From an uncultured virus (IMG/VR IMGVR_UViG_3300031613_000001) (lineage: Duplodnaviria > Heunggongvirae > Uroviricota > Caudoviricetes > Crassvirales), in the IMG/VR virus record IMGVR_UViG_3300031613_000001: 64,000 nucleotides of DNA. One strand, given 5' to 3'. The translations under genes were made by a program, and so were the position numbers. Within the stretch, counting starts at the first letter, position 1, and the number at the start of each line of letters is the position of its first letter. Shown one piece after another: positions 49,315 through 59,862 of the stretch. The notes under the pieces are model-generated. The model was given only the letters and a program-made list of their open reading frames with translations, was not told where the DNA came from and searched no databases.

Positions 49315-50008
49315 TATTATAAATTTTCAAAAAACTTTTGGTGAATGGGTTAACGATGAAAGCTTTTTATATATGATTAAATCAGATTATTTTAAAGAGC
49401 TTATCATTTATTTAAACAAAAGTTATGAAAAAAAAACTATATTTCCTTTAAAAAGAAATATATTTAGAGCTTTTAGATATGTTCCTTATAATAAAGTAAA
49501 AGTGGTGATAATAGGAAATACTCCTAATCCTAATATTTCAGCAAATGGTTTTTCATTTGCTAATAGTGATGAAACTATTAGGATATCACCTTCTTTATTT
49601 AAAATAAGAGAACGGGTTGAGCAAACATATAATAGTTTAGATATTAATTTTGATGTTACTTTAAAACACTGGGCTTTACAAAATGTAATGCTTCTAAACA
49701 CATCATTAACAATTCAAGCTGGAATTGTAAACTCACATCAAAAAATATGGGATAATTTTATTAAAGTTACTATTAATACTATTATAGATAATAATCCAGG
49801 TGTAATATTTTGTTTATGGGGAAAGGATGTTATGAAAACTTTTCACGAAGTTGTTCCAGAAAACAAATTAAAATTTTGCTATGCTTTAAAATGTATACAT
49901 CCTGAACTTGCTGCAAAAAGAAATGAAGAATGGAATTGTAATCATTTTAAGCAAATTAATGAATTAATAAAAGAAAACAATGGAAAAGAATTTTGTATTA
50001 AATGGTAA
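49304..50008 (+). CDS. ung: Uracil-DNA glycosylase family 1 homologue with altered motif A
   Basis: IFRAF, VKVVIIGNTPNP (normally GQDPY), ANGFSF, PSL..I, LLNTSLT, LWG, HPE. Confidence 0.8.
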   Translation: MKNNIINFQKTFGEWVNDESFLYMIKSDYFKELIIYLNKSYEKKTIFPLKRNIFRAFRYVPYNKVKVVIIGNTPNPNISANGFSFANSDETIRISPSLFKIRERVEQTYNSLDINFDVTLKHWALQNVMLLNTSLTIQAGIVNSHQKIWDNFIKVTINTIIDNNPGVIFCLWGKDVMKTFHEVVPENKLKFCYALKCIHPELAAKRNEEWNCNHFKQINELIKENNGKEFCIKW

Positions 50009-50354
50009 TAAATTAATAGCTGAGTTTTTATATAAAAATAGATATAAGAATAGTAAAGATATAGAAGATTGTTATGTAGAAGAACCTAATTCATCAATGA
50101 TTACTTTTTATATTACAGATAGTAAATATCATAAATCTTGGGATTGGTTAATGCCTGTAGTTGAAAAAATAGAAAATCAATTTTGCAGTTCTAATATTCA
50201 CTATTATAGTGCTGGTAAAATGAAACAACAATATATTGTTGAATTTTTAGGTTATAATATTGATTATGATAATTCTCAATGGGATAAATCTAAAATCAAA
50301 GCTGTTTATCAAGCAGTAATTGAATTTATAGAATGGTATAACAAAAATAAATAA
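49980..50354 (+). CDS. Hypothetical phage protein
   Basis: NKLIAEF...YHKSWDWLMPVVEKIE...AVY.AV.EFI.WYN. Confidence 0.7.
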   Translation: MEKNFVLNGNKLIAEFLYKNRYKNSKDIEDCYVEEPNSSMITFYITDSKYHKSWDWLMPVVEKIENQFCSSNIHYYSAGKMKQQYIVEFLGYNIDYDNSQWDKSKIKAVYQAVIEFIEWYNKNK

Positions 50355-50362
50355 TTTATAAA

Positions 50363-50521
50363 ATGGCAGGTGATATAAATAAAATAACAAGACTAGAAGT
50401 TATTGATAATAATGGAAGGTCTTATGTAAATATGAAAGTTAAAGATATTGAATTATCATTTCAAGATGATTCTAGAACTCTTAAAATTTTTCTAAACAAA
50501 AACGATAAAATTAAAAAATAG
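50363..50521 (+). CDS. 52-aa hypothetical phage protein
   Basis: ITRLEVID.NGRSYV...QDDSRTLKIF. Confidence 0.6.
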   Translation: MAGDINKITRLEVIDNNGRSYVNMKVKDIELSFQDDSRTLKIFLNKNDKIKK

Positions 50522-50522
50522 T

Positions 50523-50900
50523 ATGATGTTATTTTGTGATGGCTCAGTGCCATCAAGCAAAAATGGACGCAGATGAACTGGTAAATATTTTATAGCTTCT
50601 AAAGCTACTAAAAAATGAAAAACAGACACTGCACAATGGTGGAAAGATAATAAAAACGCTTTTCACCAAATGATAAAAGGTAAAAAAAAACCTTACAAAA
50701 TAGGAATACATTTTATAAGAGGTACTCATCATAAATATGATTGGGTAAATCCTATTCAAACAATTCAGGATGAGATGACTCATGCTGGATGAATAGATGA
50801 TGACAACATTACAGAAATGGTTCCTTTTCCTTTTAAAATTAAAGGAAATTACACTGGGTATAATAAAGAAAAACCTGGTTTTTATTTAAAAGTATATTAA
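50523..50900 (+). CDS. RusA-like Holliday junction resolvase, 125 aa if TGA=Trp (TGA at 50574, 50616, 50790)
   Basis: VPSSKNGRR*TGKYFIASK...YDWVNPIQTIQD...G*IDDDN; fills the gap exactly; absent from ORF track. Confidence 0.78.
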
Positions 50901-52217
50901 ATGTTAAACAAAGATAAAGATTATCATTCATATAGTTCTATATTACGCTTTATACAAGAAGGTCCTTCTTCCCTTATTACTGAAAAAGAAAAAAAAACAA
51001 AAGGCTTGTCAAAAGGTAAAATGTTAGATGATTATGTTTATAATAATTTTGAAGAAATATATTATATAAGTGATAATAGTACCAAATTAACATCAATGGA
51101 GAGTGATCTTTTAAATTTAATTTATAAAGAATTAGATGGTAGTATATCAAAAAAGCTTATTAACAATGACGAATTCTTTAACGTTTGTTTTGATATTTGC
51201 AAAGAAAATAAATTATTTGTAAGTGATATATCAAACAAAAATAAAATACAAGAAAGGGTTAGTAAAGTGAAAGACATAATGTTAGATAATATAAAAGCTG
51301 AAGGTAAAATAAAAATTACTTCACAAAATTATATTGATATTACAAATATGTCTAATAAGTTAAAAGAAAATATTTATGTTAAAAAGTATTTTAATTATAA
51401 ATCATCTGGTGATTTTCAAAATTTAAATCAAATATTAATTAAATTTGAATATGAAAATATTAAATATAAATCTTATTTAGACAATATTCATATTGATCAT
51501 AAAAATAAAACAATACAAGAAATTGATTTAAAATATACTTCGTTTTTAATGAAGGACTTTAAGAAAAGTTATTATAATTATAGGTATGATATACAAGCAT
51601 GTATTTACACACTTGCTTTACATCATTATGTAGAAAATAATTTATCACTTAAAGATTATCGTATTTTAGAACCCTGTATTGTTGCTGTAAATACATTTGA
51701 AGAACCTCTTTTATTTAAAATAACTTCTGAAACTATTTATTCTGCATATACAGGTAGTATTACAATGTATAATAATCCAATATTAGGAATACATGAAATA
51801 GTTAATAAAATAAAATATCATATAGAAAACAAAAAATTTATATATGATTATGAATATTATATAAATGGTTATCAAAAATTAGAAAATATTAATAATAATG
51901 GTAATACGTTTGGATTTGTAAAAACATTTAGAAATCATTTAGAAAATAATGATGAGTTAATACTTGAGGAAGTACCTTTACCACAACATAATAGTTTTTC
52001 AAATAATACTTATGATAACACTAATTTTCGTAAAAAAAAAAACGAATTTAATATAAATGACTTAAATGAACAAAAAAAAGAAATAGGTTTAAGTTTTAAT
52101 TCTAAAGTTCAATCAAATTTTTCTAATGAAAGAAAAAGTTTAATAACTGATGAAAATTTATTAGAAATTTTAAATTTAAATAAAGATAAATATAAATATA
52201 AAAAAAATAACAAATAA
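50901..52217 (+). CDS. PD-(D/E)XK exonuclease-like protein
   Basis: SYSS, KSYLDNI.ID......EIDLK, YRYDIQACIY. Confidence 0.7.
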   Translation: MLNKDKDYHSYSSILRFIQEGPSSLITEKEKKTKGLSKGKMLDDYVYNNFEEIYYISDNSTKLTSMESDLLNLIYKELDGSISKKLINNDEFFNVCFDICKENKLFVSDISNKNKIQERVSKVKDIMLDNIKAEGKIKITSQNYIDITNMSNKLKENIYVKKYFNYKSSGDFQNLNQILIKFEYENIKYKSYLDNIHIDHKNKTIQEIDLKYTSFLMKDFKKSYYNYRYDIQACIYTLALHHYVENNLSLKDYRILEPCIVAVNTFEEPLLFKITSETIYSAYTGSITMYNNPILGIHEIVNKIKYHIENKKFIYDYEYYINGYQKLENINNNGNTFGFVKTFRNHLENNDELILEEVPLPQHNSFSNNTYDNTNFRKKKNEFNINDLNEQKKEIGLSFNSKVQSNFSNERKSLITDENLLEILNLNKDKYKYKKNNK

Positions 52218-52219
52218 CT

Positions 52220-52798
52220 ATGAAAAAAAAAAATATTAGTCATGGTTATGTTTTACCTATATTATCACAATGAGTTGATTTAAACGTCAATATACAATCT
52301 CATATTATTAATACTTATTTATTTACAAATAGAAATTTAAATATTGGTAAATTTTATATTGAATGCACTTTTAATTACAGGGATGTAACATTTACAGAAA
52401 AAGAAAATATACTTACTGATAATGAATTATATAATACATCTTATTCTGTTGGTTCAAATGTACTTTATGAGTATGATATACCAAAAGAATATTATAAGGA
52501 TATATTAAATTTAATGAAAGGTAAATATTCAGAAATTTCAAATGATTACAAAATGCAAGTAAAAAAGTATTGGATTGAATTATATGGTAAAATACCAGGA
52601 TTTGTAAATTCAACAATAAAAAGATTTGATGATATATTTAATAAGTCAGACAAGCTAAGAGAAAAAATGGAAATAGACTTATGCGTTAAGCTAAAAAAAG
52701 GCTGTGAACTTGGTCAGACATTAGATATATCAAATGAAACTTATGAATTTAAAAATGAAAAAAAGATTAAATTAGAAAATATACATAATATATTTTAA
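52220..52798 (+). CDS. Hypothetical protein, 192 aa if TGA=Trp (TGA at 52271)
   Basis: ATG 52220 in frame with ORF 52514..52798; GKYSEIS..YK motif. Confidence 0.68.
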
Positions 52799-52824
52799 CA
52801 AAACTTAATTCTAAATAGAGAAAT

Positions 52825-53127
52825 ATGAATTATAGTGAATTACAACAGCTTATAGTAAAATGAGGAGAAGAAAAAGGAATCCTTGCAAAAGGAACACCGA
52901 TGGGACAAGCAATTAAAACACTTGAAGAAGTCAATGAATTATTAGCTGCCATAAATAATGGTGATCAAGTGGAAATAAAGGACGCACTTGGCGATATTCT
53001 TGTAACTATTATATTACAAGCAGAATTACAACAAATGGATCTAGTAGATTGCCTAGAAAGTGCTTATAATATTATAAGTAAACGCAATGGCAAAATGGTA
53101 GACGGAGTATTTGTAAAAAACGATTAA
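52825..53127 (+). CDS. MazG-like NTP pyrophosphohydrolase, 100 aa if TGA=Trp (TGA at 52861)
   Basis: IVK*GEEKGI, EEVNEL, DALGDILVT, AYN.I.KR.GKMVDGVFVK. Confidence 0.85.
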
Positions 53128-53145
53128 ATATAAAAAGATAGAAAA

Positions 53146-53328
53146 ATGAGTAAAATTAAAACAAACACAGGATTTAAAGGAGTAACAAAAAGAGCTGATA
53201 GAAGTAATAAATATGAAGCTTGGATTAGTACTGGTAAAACAATAAATAAAATTCATGTTGGAACTTTTGTTAAACTAAAAGATGCTGTTAATGCAAGAAT
53301 GACAAAATTAGAAACACTAATAGCATAA
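53146..53328 (+). CDS. Stand-alone AP2-like DNA-binding domain
   Basis: TGFKGV......KYEAWI.......HVGTF....DAV.AR. Confidence 0.7.
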   Translation: MSKIKTNTGFKGVTKRADRSNKYEAWISTGKTINKIHVGTFVKLKDAVNARMTKLETLIA

Positions 53329-54302
53329 TGAATATATTTGAAAAAAGAAAATCAGTGTTACCTTATGAGTATCCTGAACTTTTAAAGTATAAAAATGCTA
53401 TAAGACATTCTTACTGAATACATAGTGAGTTTAATATAACAGAAGACATCTCTGATTTTATGACTAAAGTTACAGACAGTCAACGTGAGGCAATCAAGCG
53501 TTCCATGCTTGCAATAGCTCAGATAGAAGTTAACGTGAAAGCGTTTTGGGGTGATCTGTATAAACGTCTACCAAAATATGAAATTCAATCAATAGGAGCT
53601 ACATTTAGTGAAAGTGAAGCTAGGCACTTTGATGCTTATAAACATTTACTTGAGGTTCTTGGATTAGAAGATGAATTTCAAACAATTACTGAAGTACCAG
53701 CTATTAAAGGTAGAATTAACTACCTTAGCAAATACCTTGATGGAACAAGGAGTAAAAGTAATAAGATGTATACAAAATCTATTCTTTTATTCAGCTTATT
53801 TATAGAACATGTTTCTTTATTTAGCCAGTTTCTGATAATGATGTCATTCAATAAAGAACTTAATTTGTTCAAGGGTGTATCAAATATAGTAGAAGCAACA
53901 AGCAAGGAAGAAGATGTACATGGTAATTTTGGTATTGAATTAATCAATATAATTAAAAAAGAAAACCCTGGATGGTTTGATGAAGAATTTGAAGAGATAA
54001 TTAAATCTGCGTGCGTCAAGGCTTTAGAAGCCGAGTGTAAAGTTTTAGATTGGATTTTTGAAAAAGGTGAACTAGATTTCTTATCAAAGGAAACAATTAC
54101 TGAATTTATTAAAAACAGATTTAACAACAGCTTAGAAAGCATTGGAATGAGTAAAGCTTTTGAGGTCCAAACTCAAAAGTTAGAAAGTACAATGTGGTTT
54201 GACGTTGAAATTAAATCAACCAAAGAAGGAGATTTCTTTTACAAAAAGAGTATTGACTATAATAAAAAATCAGAAAGTATTACAGAAGATGACCTTTTCT
54301 AA
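53328..54302 (+). CDS. nrdB: Class I ribonucleotide reductase beta subunit, 324 aa if TGA=Trp (TGA at 53415)
   Basis: PYEYP...AIRHSY*IHSEF upstream of called ORF; EARH, IEHVSLFSQF, EEDVH, DFF. Confidence 0.9.
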
Positions 54303-54325
54303 ACAAAAATATTAAATTAAATTAA

Positions 54326-54532
54326 ATGAGAGATTTTGAAAAAGTAGATATAAATAAACTACATGAAATGGAATTACATTCAACTATACATATAGATGAA
54401 TATGTGGAAGTAATGAGAGTTTCAGGTGGATGGAATTATATTTATAACATGGTATGGGATTATCAAGGAGATAGAGAGAAAATAAATACTAATGTTGTAT
54501 TTGTACCTAATCCTTTAGAAATACTAGAATAA
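54326..54532 (+). CDS. Hypothetical phage protein
   Basis: MRVSGGWNY...VFVP. Confidence 0.6.
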   Translation: MRDFEKVDINKLHEMELHSTIHIDEYVEVMRVSGGWNYIYNMVWDYQGDREKINTNVVFVPNPLEILE

Positions 54533-54533
54533 C

Positions 54534-56174
54534 ATGGAAAAAGAAAAAAGAGATAGATATTATTGGCTCAATGAAGAATCAAGAAAATTTCTTTCCCGTG
54601 GTTACTTAAGAGAGGGAGTAACTGCGGAACAAAGGATTAAAGATATTGCAAATCACGCAGAAAAAATACTAGGAATAAAAGAATGAGCTGAGAAATTTGA
54701 AAACTATATGGCTTTAGGTTATTATAGTTTATCAACTCCTGTATGGTGTAATTTTGGATATGAAAAAACTTTACCTATAAGTTGTTACGGATCTGACATT
54801 GATGATACAATGGATAGTATTCTAAATGGAGCAAGAGAAATAGGTATGATGTCTAAATATGGAGGTGGAACATCTATGTATTTAGGTAACATTAGAAAAC
54901 GTGGTTCGTCAATATCAGGTGGTGGAAATGCGGACGGACCTGTTCACTATGCAAAAATCTATGATACAATTATAGATAGATGTAAACAAGGTGAATCAAG
55001 AAGAGGAGCTTGTGCTTTATACTTACCAGTAGAGCATGAAGACATAATGGAGTTCCTTAAAATTGGTGACGAAGGAAATCCAATTCAGAATCTTCAATTT
55101 GGAGTTACAGTTACAGATGCATGGATGATGTCCATGAAAGAAGGTGATTCTGAAAAAAGAAAAATATGGGCTAAAATCATACAAAAACGTAAAGATTTTG
55201 GTTTTCCATATATTATGTTTAAAGACAATTCCAATAACAATAGTCCATACAAAGAATTAGGACTAGATATTAAAGCTAGTAATCTTTGTTCGGAAATACA
55301 GCTACCACAGGACAGTTACAACAGTTTTGTCTGTTGTTTAGGTAGTATCAATATACTTCATTGGAAAGATATTGAAAAGACTGATGCTGTAGAGACTTAT
55401 ATTCAATTCCTTAATGCAGTAATAGATGATTTTATCATAAAATCTGAGCACCTTCCTGGTATGAAGAGAGCTTGGAGATTTGCTAAAAACCATAGAGCCA
55501 TCGGGCTTGGCGTACTAGGTTGGCATTCATTTCTACAAAGTGAATTATTAGAAGTTGATAGTATAAAGGCTAAATATTGGAATAATGTAATATTTAAAGA
55601 AATAAACAAAAGATCACAAGAAGCAAGTAAATGGTGTCATGATTTTTTAGGAAAAAAATCTATACGAGAAGGATATGCTAATACAACGGTAATGGCAATT
55701 GCACCAACTAAAAGTTCATCATATATATTAGGACAGGTTAGTATGGGTATTGAACCAATAAAATCTAATTATTTCATAAAAGATTTGGCTAAAACCAAGT
55801 CAGTATATAAGAACGAAATGTTGAGAGCGCAACTCCAACAGTACAATCTTGATACACCAGAAATATGGAATAGTATTCTTGATAATGATGGTAGTGTTCA
55901 ACATTTAGATTTTCCTACAAAGGAAGTATTTAAATCATTTATTGAAATATTACCAAGAGAACTTGTATTACAAGCAGCACAAAGACAAAAATATATTGAT
56001 CAGTCACAATCATTAAATTTAATGATACACCCTTCAGTACCAGCAAAAGAAATAAATAAACTTTATATCTATGCTTGGGAATCAGGAGTAAAGACCTTGT
56101 ATTATCAATTTAGTCAAAGTGCAGCTCAAAGTTTTGCAAGAGAAATTAACGAGTGTGATTCGTGTCATAGTTAA
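54534..56174 (+). CDS. nrdA: Class I ribonucleotide reductase alpha subunit, 546 aa if TGA=Trp (TGA at 54684)
   Basis: YWLN..SR.FL.RGYL upstream of called ORF; PISC, SNLCSEI, APT, KTLYY, C-terminal CxxC. Confidence 0.9.
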
Positions 56175-56361
56175 AATCAGGTAATGCTGGGTAGGTGGGT
56201 GGATCTAACATATATAATTAGCGTAAAGGCTGGGTGGGATGGTGGTAATAAAATTATGAAAAAAGCAATACAAAAACTTCAACAAATGTTAGATTGGAGT
56301 GATAGATTAGGTAGTGATGAAATACATGAAATTAATAGTATTATAACTTTATTAAAATCTA

Positions 56362-56532
56362 ATGAATAAAAAAGAAATAGTTAAAAAACTACAAAAAAAC
56401 AATTTATTATGGGAGAATTTCCAAAAATGAACAAAGGACCAGTCTATGGAGAAGGATTTTTATTGCTATCAAGACATAGATCAATTTATATCTTTAAAAA
56501 AAGAAGGATTAAACATTTATTGAAATCAATAG
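56362..56532 (+). CDS. 56-aa hypothetical protein if TGA=Trp (TGA at 56428, 56521)
   Basis: MNKKEIVKKLQKNNLLWENFQK*TKDQ...; fills gap between neighbours. Confidence 0.4.
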
Positions 56533-56541
56533 TAAGATTTC

Positions 56542-56880
56542 ATGAAAAAATTAACAAACATAAACATGGATAAAAAAACTATATTATTAGGTAGACCTAA
56601 TACCTCAGGTGGATTAACTAATATTTATTTAAATGTACAATCAGAAGAAAAAATAAAACCTGGTGATGAAATTAAATCTATTGGTATAATTTTAAAAATA
56701 GAAACTGATGTTTATAATTTTATAAATAATGGTATTTTAACTAAAACTACTTATATTGATTTAAATAGTAAATTTTTACAATGTTTTATTATAAAAAAAG
56801 AGTATGAATATTATAATTATAATTTATATAAGATAAAAAGTAAATTTAATATTATAAACGAAATAAGAAAAATTTTATAA
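56542..56880 (+). CDS. Hypothetical protein
   Basis: 112-aa ORF. Confidence 0.5.
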   Translation: MKKLTNINMDKKTILLGRPNTSGGLTNIYLNVQSEEKIKPGDEIKSIGIILKIETDVYNFINNGILTKTTYIDLNSKFLQCFIIKKEYEYYNYNLYKIKSKFNIINEIRKIL

Positions 56881-56881
56881 T

Positions 56882-58078
56882 ATGGATAAAAGAGATGAAG
56901 TCCAAAAAGAAGCATTAAAAAAATGAATTGGTGCAGGTAAACGTGGGACTGTGGAGGTTAGTACTGGTGTCGGAAAAACTTTTATAGCATTACATGCATT
57001 ACATTCAATGAAAAGTAACGAAAAACTTCATTTATATTTAGCTGAAACAACAGAACGAAAAAAGGATTTATTAAAATCTATTAAGTTATACGATGACATT
57101 TTTAAGGTTAACACTTTAAAATCATATAATCTTAAATTCTATTGTTATCAGTCTGCTTATAAATGAAGAAATAAAGAATTTGGTTTAGTTATTGCTGATG
57201 AAATTCATGATAGCTTAACCCCTTCATATTCTAATTTTTATAAAAATAATACTTATGATGGTATTATTGGATTATCTGCAAAAGTAGATACAAAAACAGA
57301 GTATGAAGATAGGTATGGTAATATTATTAACAAAGGAAAATATCTTAACGAGTATTGTCCTATATGTTATAAATATTCCATAGATGATGCAAGAGAAGAT
57401 GATTTAAATCGTAATCTTAATATTCATATAATTTACAACCAGCTTGAAGAAATAGAAAAAACAGTAAAAGCTGGTAGTATAAAAAAACCTTTTTACCAAA
57501 CAGAAAAAGAAGCATATAGTTATTGGAGTAAAAGACTTGCTCAAAGTAGATTTATGGAAACTACAGAAAAACAAAATCTATTTGCTAGAATATCAGTAGC
57601 TAAAAGAGCTACATTATTATACAATCTTGATTCAAAGATAAAATCTACTAACTTATTATTACCTCATCTTAAAAGAACTTTAGTTTTTGGTAATTCATTA
57701 GATGCTTTAGAAAAAGTAACAAAGAACGTTATATCATCGAGAAATAGCTCTGATATAAATGATAAAATAAGAAATGATTTTGAGAAAGAGATTGTAAATA
57801 CTATAGGAAGCTTTAAATTACTTAAGCAAGGTGCTAATATCAAAGGACTTGATAACCTTGTTATAATGTCTTATTATAGCTCTGAGAAAGACCTTATCCA
57901 AAGAGCTGGGCGAATTCGTAGGGATGGGAAAGAAAAAGGTGCTGTATTTATATTCGTAACACAAGGAACTCAAGAAGAAAAATGGTATGACAGGATGTTT
58001 GGAAATATTAACGCTTACAATGTAATTAGTCACAAAGACATTTATGATTGTATTAAACATATAAAAAATGAGATATAG
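56882..58078 (+). CDS. Superfamily 2 DExH helicase, 398 aa if TGA=Trp (TGA at 56924, 57164)
   Basis: Q.EALKK*, TGVGKT, IADEIH, GLSA, QRAGRIRR all in one frame joining two called ORFs. Confidence 0.88.
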
Positions 58079-58343
58079 ATTAACAAAACTTACTGATGAT
58101 AAATTCAAAGGTAAGCATCCAAATGGAATTTTACAAGGTTTTGTATATAATGGTCATATAACAAGTAAACCAAAAATAGGTGAACGATTTCATTTTGGTA
58201 CACATCAAGATCATCCTAAACATCATTTATGGACTTCTGTAGTTACTAAAATAATTAAATATAATAAAGAAATCGTATTTAAAACTGAAAACAGTACTTA
58301 CAAACTATTAAAAATAAAAAATGAAAGCAAGACAGAATTATAA
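58068..58343 (+). CDS. Hypothetical phage protein
   Basis: HPNGI..G, P.IGERF, TS.VT.I, FKTENSTYKL. Confidence 0.65.
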   Translation: MRYRLTKLTDDKFKGKHPNGILQGFVYNGHITSKPKIGERFHFGTHQDHPKHHLWTSVVTKIIKYNKEIVFKTENSTYKLLKIKNESKTEL

Positions 58344-58399
58344 GCATTTAGATGCTTCAGGTTTTATTAAAAGACCAAAACCAGTAAAAAAAACAGAAG

Positions 58400-58687
58400 A
58401 TGATAAACAAGCTAATAAAAGATAATCCTAATACAGAATTATTTTTGACTGGTTTTTTACAAGTAATATTAGTATGTTTAAATACATATCAAATTGCAGC
58501 ATTTGTAAAAAAGCAAAATTTTATAATTTTATTAGGTATATTTATTGTTGGGTTTTTAATATCTTTGTTATGGTCTTTCAATGTAAAAAAAGTGGCATTC
58601 GGAAGTTTGCTAAACAGAGTTTGGTACGCTAGTGGTGCTGCATGTGGCAGTGTTATTGGTGTTATCATAGGTTATATATTATATTAA
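58400..58687 (+). CDS. Small membrane protein
   Basis: Three hydrophobic segments. Confidence 0.65.
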   Translation: MINKLIKDNPNTELFLTGFLQVILVCLNTYQIAAFVKKQNFIILLGIFIVGFLISLLWSFNVKKVAFGSLLNRVWYASGAACGSVIGVIIGYILY

Positions 58688-59004
58688 TGACTACAGAAAC
58701 AGAAATTGAATTAATTAAAAAGCTTGATGCAAAAACATTAGATATAATGCAAAGCAAAGGGGCTGACTATGCTAATACTGATGTATTATCTAACTTTAAA
58801 GAAGTATCAACAGTTGTAAAAACATTAAACATTGACACTGGTACACCAGAAGGATATGCAATGCTTATGATTATACTTAAATTAAGTAGAATTAACAATC
58901 TTAAAAAAGACAATAAAGATCCAACTAACGAAAGTTTGCTTGACTCATATGAAGATATGATCAATTATGCTAAGTTAGCTTATCTTTGTGAATATGAAAA
59001 ATAA
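58687..59004 (+). CDS. Nucleotide-modification-associated domain protein (DUF1599-like)
   Basis: KGADYA...SNF...KLSRI.NL...ESLLDSYEDMINYA; ATG at 58687. Confidence 0.65.
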   Translation: MTTETEIELIKKLDAKTLDIMQSKGADYANTDVLSNFKEVSTVVKTLNIDTGTPEGYAMLMIILKLSRINNLKKDNKDPTNESLLDSYEDMINYAKLAYLCEYEK

Positions 59005-59010
59005 CAATAT

Positions 59011-59037
59011 AACCCATCTAGAAATAGGTGGGTTTTT
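59011..59037 (+). terminator. Rho-independent terminator
   Basis: ACCCATCTA-GAAA-TAGGTGGGT-TTTT. Confidence 0.8.
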
Positions 59038-59049
59038 AATAAACAAAAT

Positions 59050-59547
59050 ATGGGAGCTGTAATAAGATATATATCAGATCTTCATTTTGGTCATAAAAGT
59101 ATGGCTACAATGAGGGGTTTTCATGATGAATTTTATCATGATGAACACATAGTAGAAGAATGGAACAAAACAGTAAACAAGCATGATACAACATGGATAC
59201 TTGGTGATGTAACAATGGAAAAAGCTAATTATGAAATATTAAATAGGTTAAATGGAATAAAACGTGTGATATTAGGTAACCATGATATGGGTAACCACGC
59301 AAAATCAACGCTTGTAAACTATGTAAATTCAATTCATGGAATGGTTAAGCTACGTAACAAAAAATATGGAAACATATGGCTTACACACTGTCCAGTACAC
59401 CCTAGAGAACTTGATTTTAGAGTTAATTTAAATATACACGGTCATGTACATAAAAACAATATTGATGATAAAAGATACATTAATGTATCTGCAGAAGTGA
59501 TAGACTATAAACCAAAAACAATTGAAGAATTATGCAAAAACTTATAA
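59050..59547 (+). CDS. Calcineurin-like metallophosphoesterase
   Basis: SDLHFGH, LGD, GNHD, THCP, HGHVH. Confidence 0.88.
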   Translation: MGAVIRYISDLHFGHKSMATMRGFHDEFYHDEHIVEEWNKTVNKHDTTWILGDVTMEKANYEILNRLNGIKRVILGNHDMGNHAKSTLVNYVNSIHGMVKLRNKKYGNIWLTHCPVHPRELDFRVNLNIHGHVHKNNIDDKRYINVSAEVIDYKPKTIEELCKNL

Positions 59548-59586
59548 ATAAATATAAAACAATTAAAATAATAAAATCAAAAATTT

Positions 59587-59862
59587 ATGGCAATTAAATA
59601 TAACAAAGTTGTAAGAGATTTACTTATTAAAAAAAATAAAGCTAAATTTAACCACACTAAAGCTGCTGAAGAACTATCTGAAGCAGCTACAGTTGTTTTA
59701 CAACGTGTTAACAAAGGGGCGGGTGTATCTAATAATAAAATACATGAAGAGTTGTCACACGCTTTATTAAGAATTAATGTTTTAGTTAAAGTATATGGTA
59801 AAAAAAATATACAAAAAGAATTAGAAAAAAAAGAAAACTATTTAATTAAAAAATATAAGTAA
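59587..59862 (+). CDS. MazG-like all-alpha protein (divergent)
   Basis: KAAEELSE...IHEELSH. Confidence 0.5.
   Translation: MAIKYNKVVRDLLIKKNKAKFNHTKAAEELSEAATVVLQRVNKGAGVSNNKIHEELSHALLRINVLVKVYGKKNIQKELEKKENYLIKKYK

Noticed and set aside
30665..58078. Treating the TGA-interrupted genes as pseudogenes
   Set aside because: Only TGA occurs, never TAA/TAG or frameshifts, several at conserved Trp positions, with catalytic motifs intact on both sides.
30665..58078. Selenocysteine or whole-genome code 4 / code 25
   Set aside because: Sites correspond to Trp/aromatic, not Cys or Gly; TGG dominates genome-wide despite AT-richness, arguing against a code-4 host.
28086..58964. Minus-strand ORFs in the track (28086..28430, 50553..50783, 53720..54142 and similar)
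   Set aside because: Antisense shadows of plus-strand genes.
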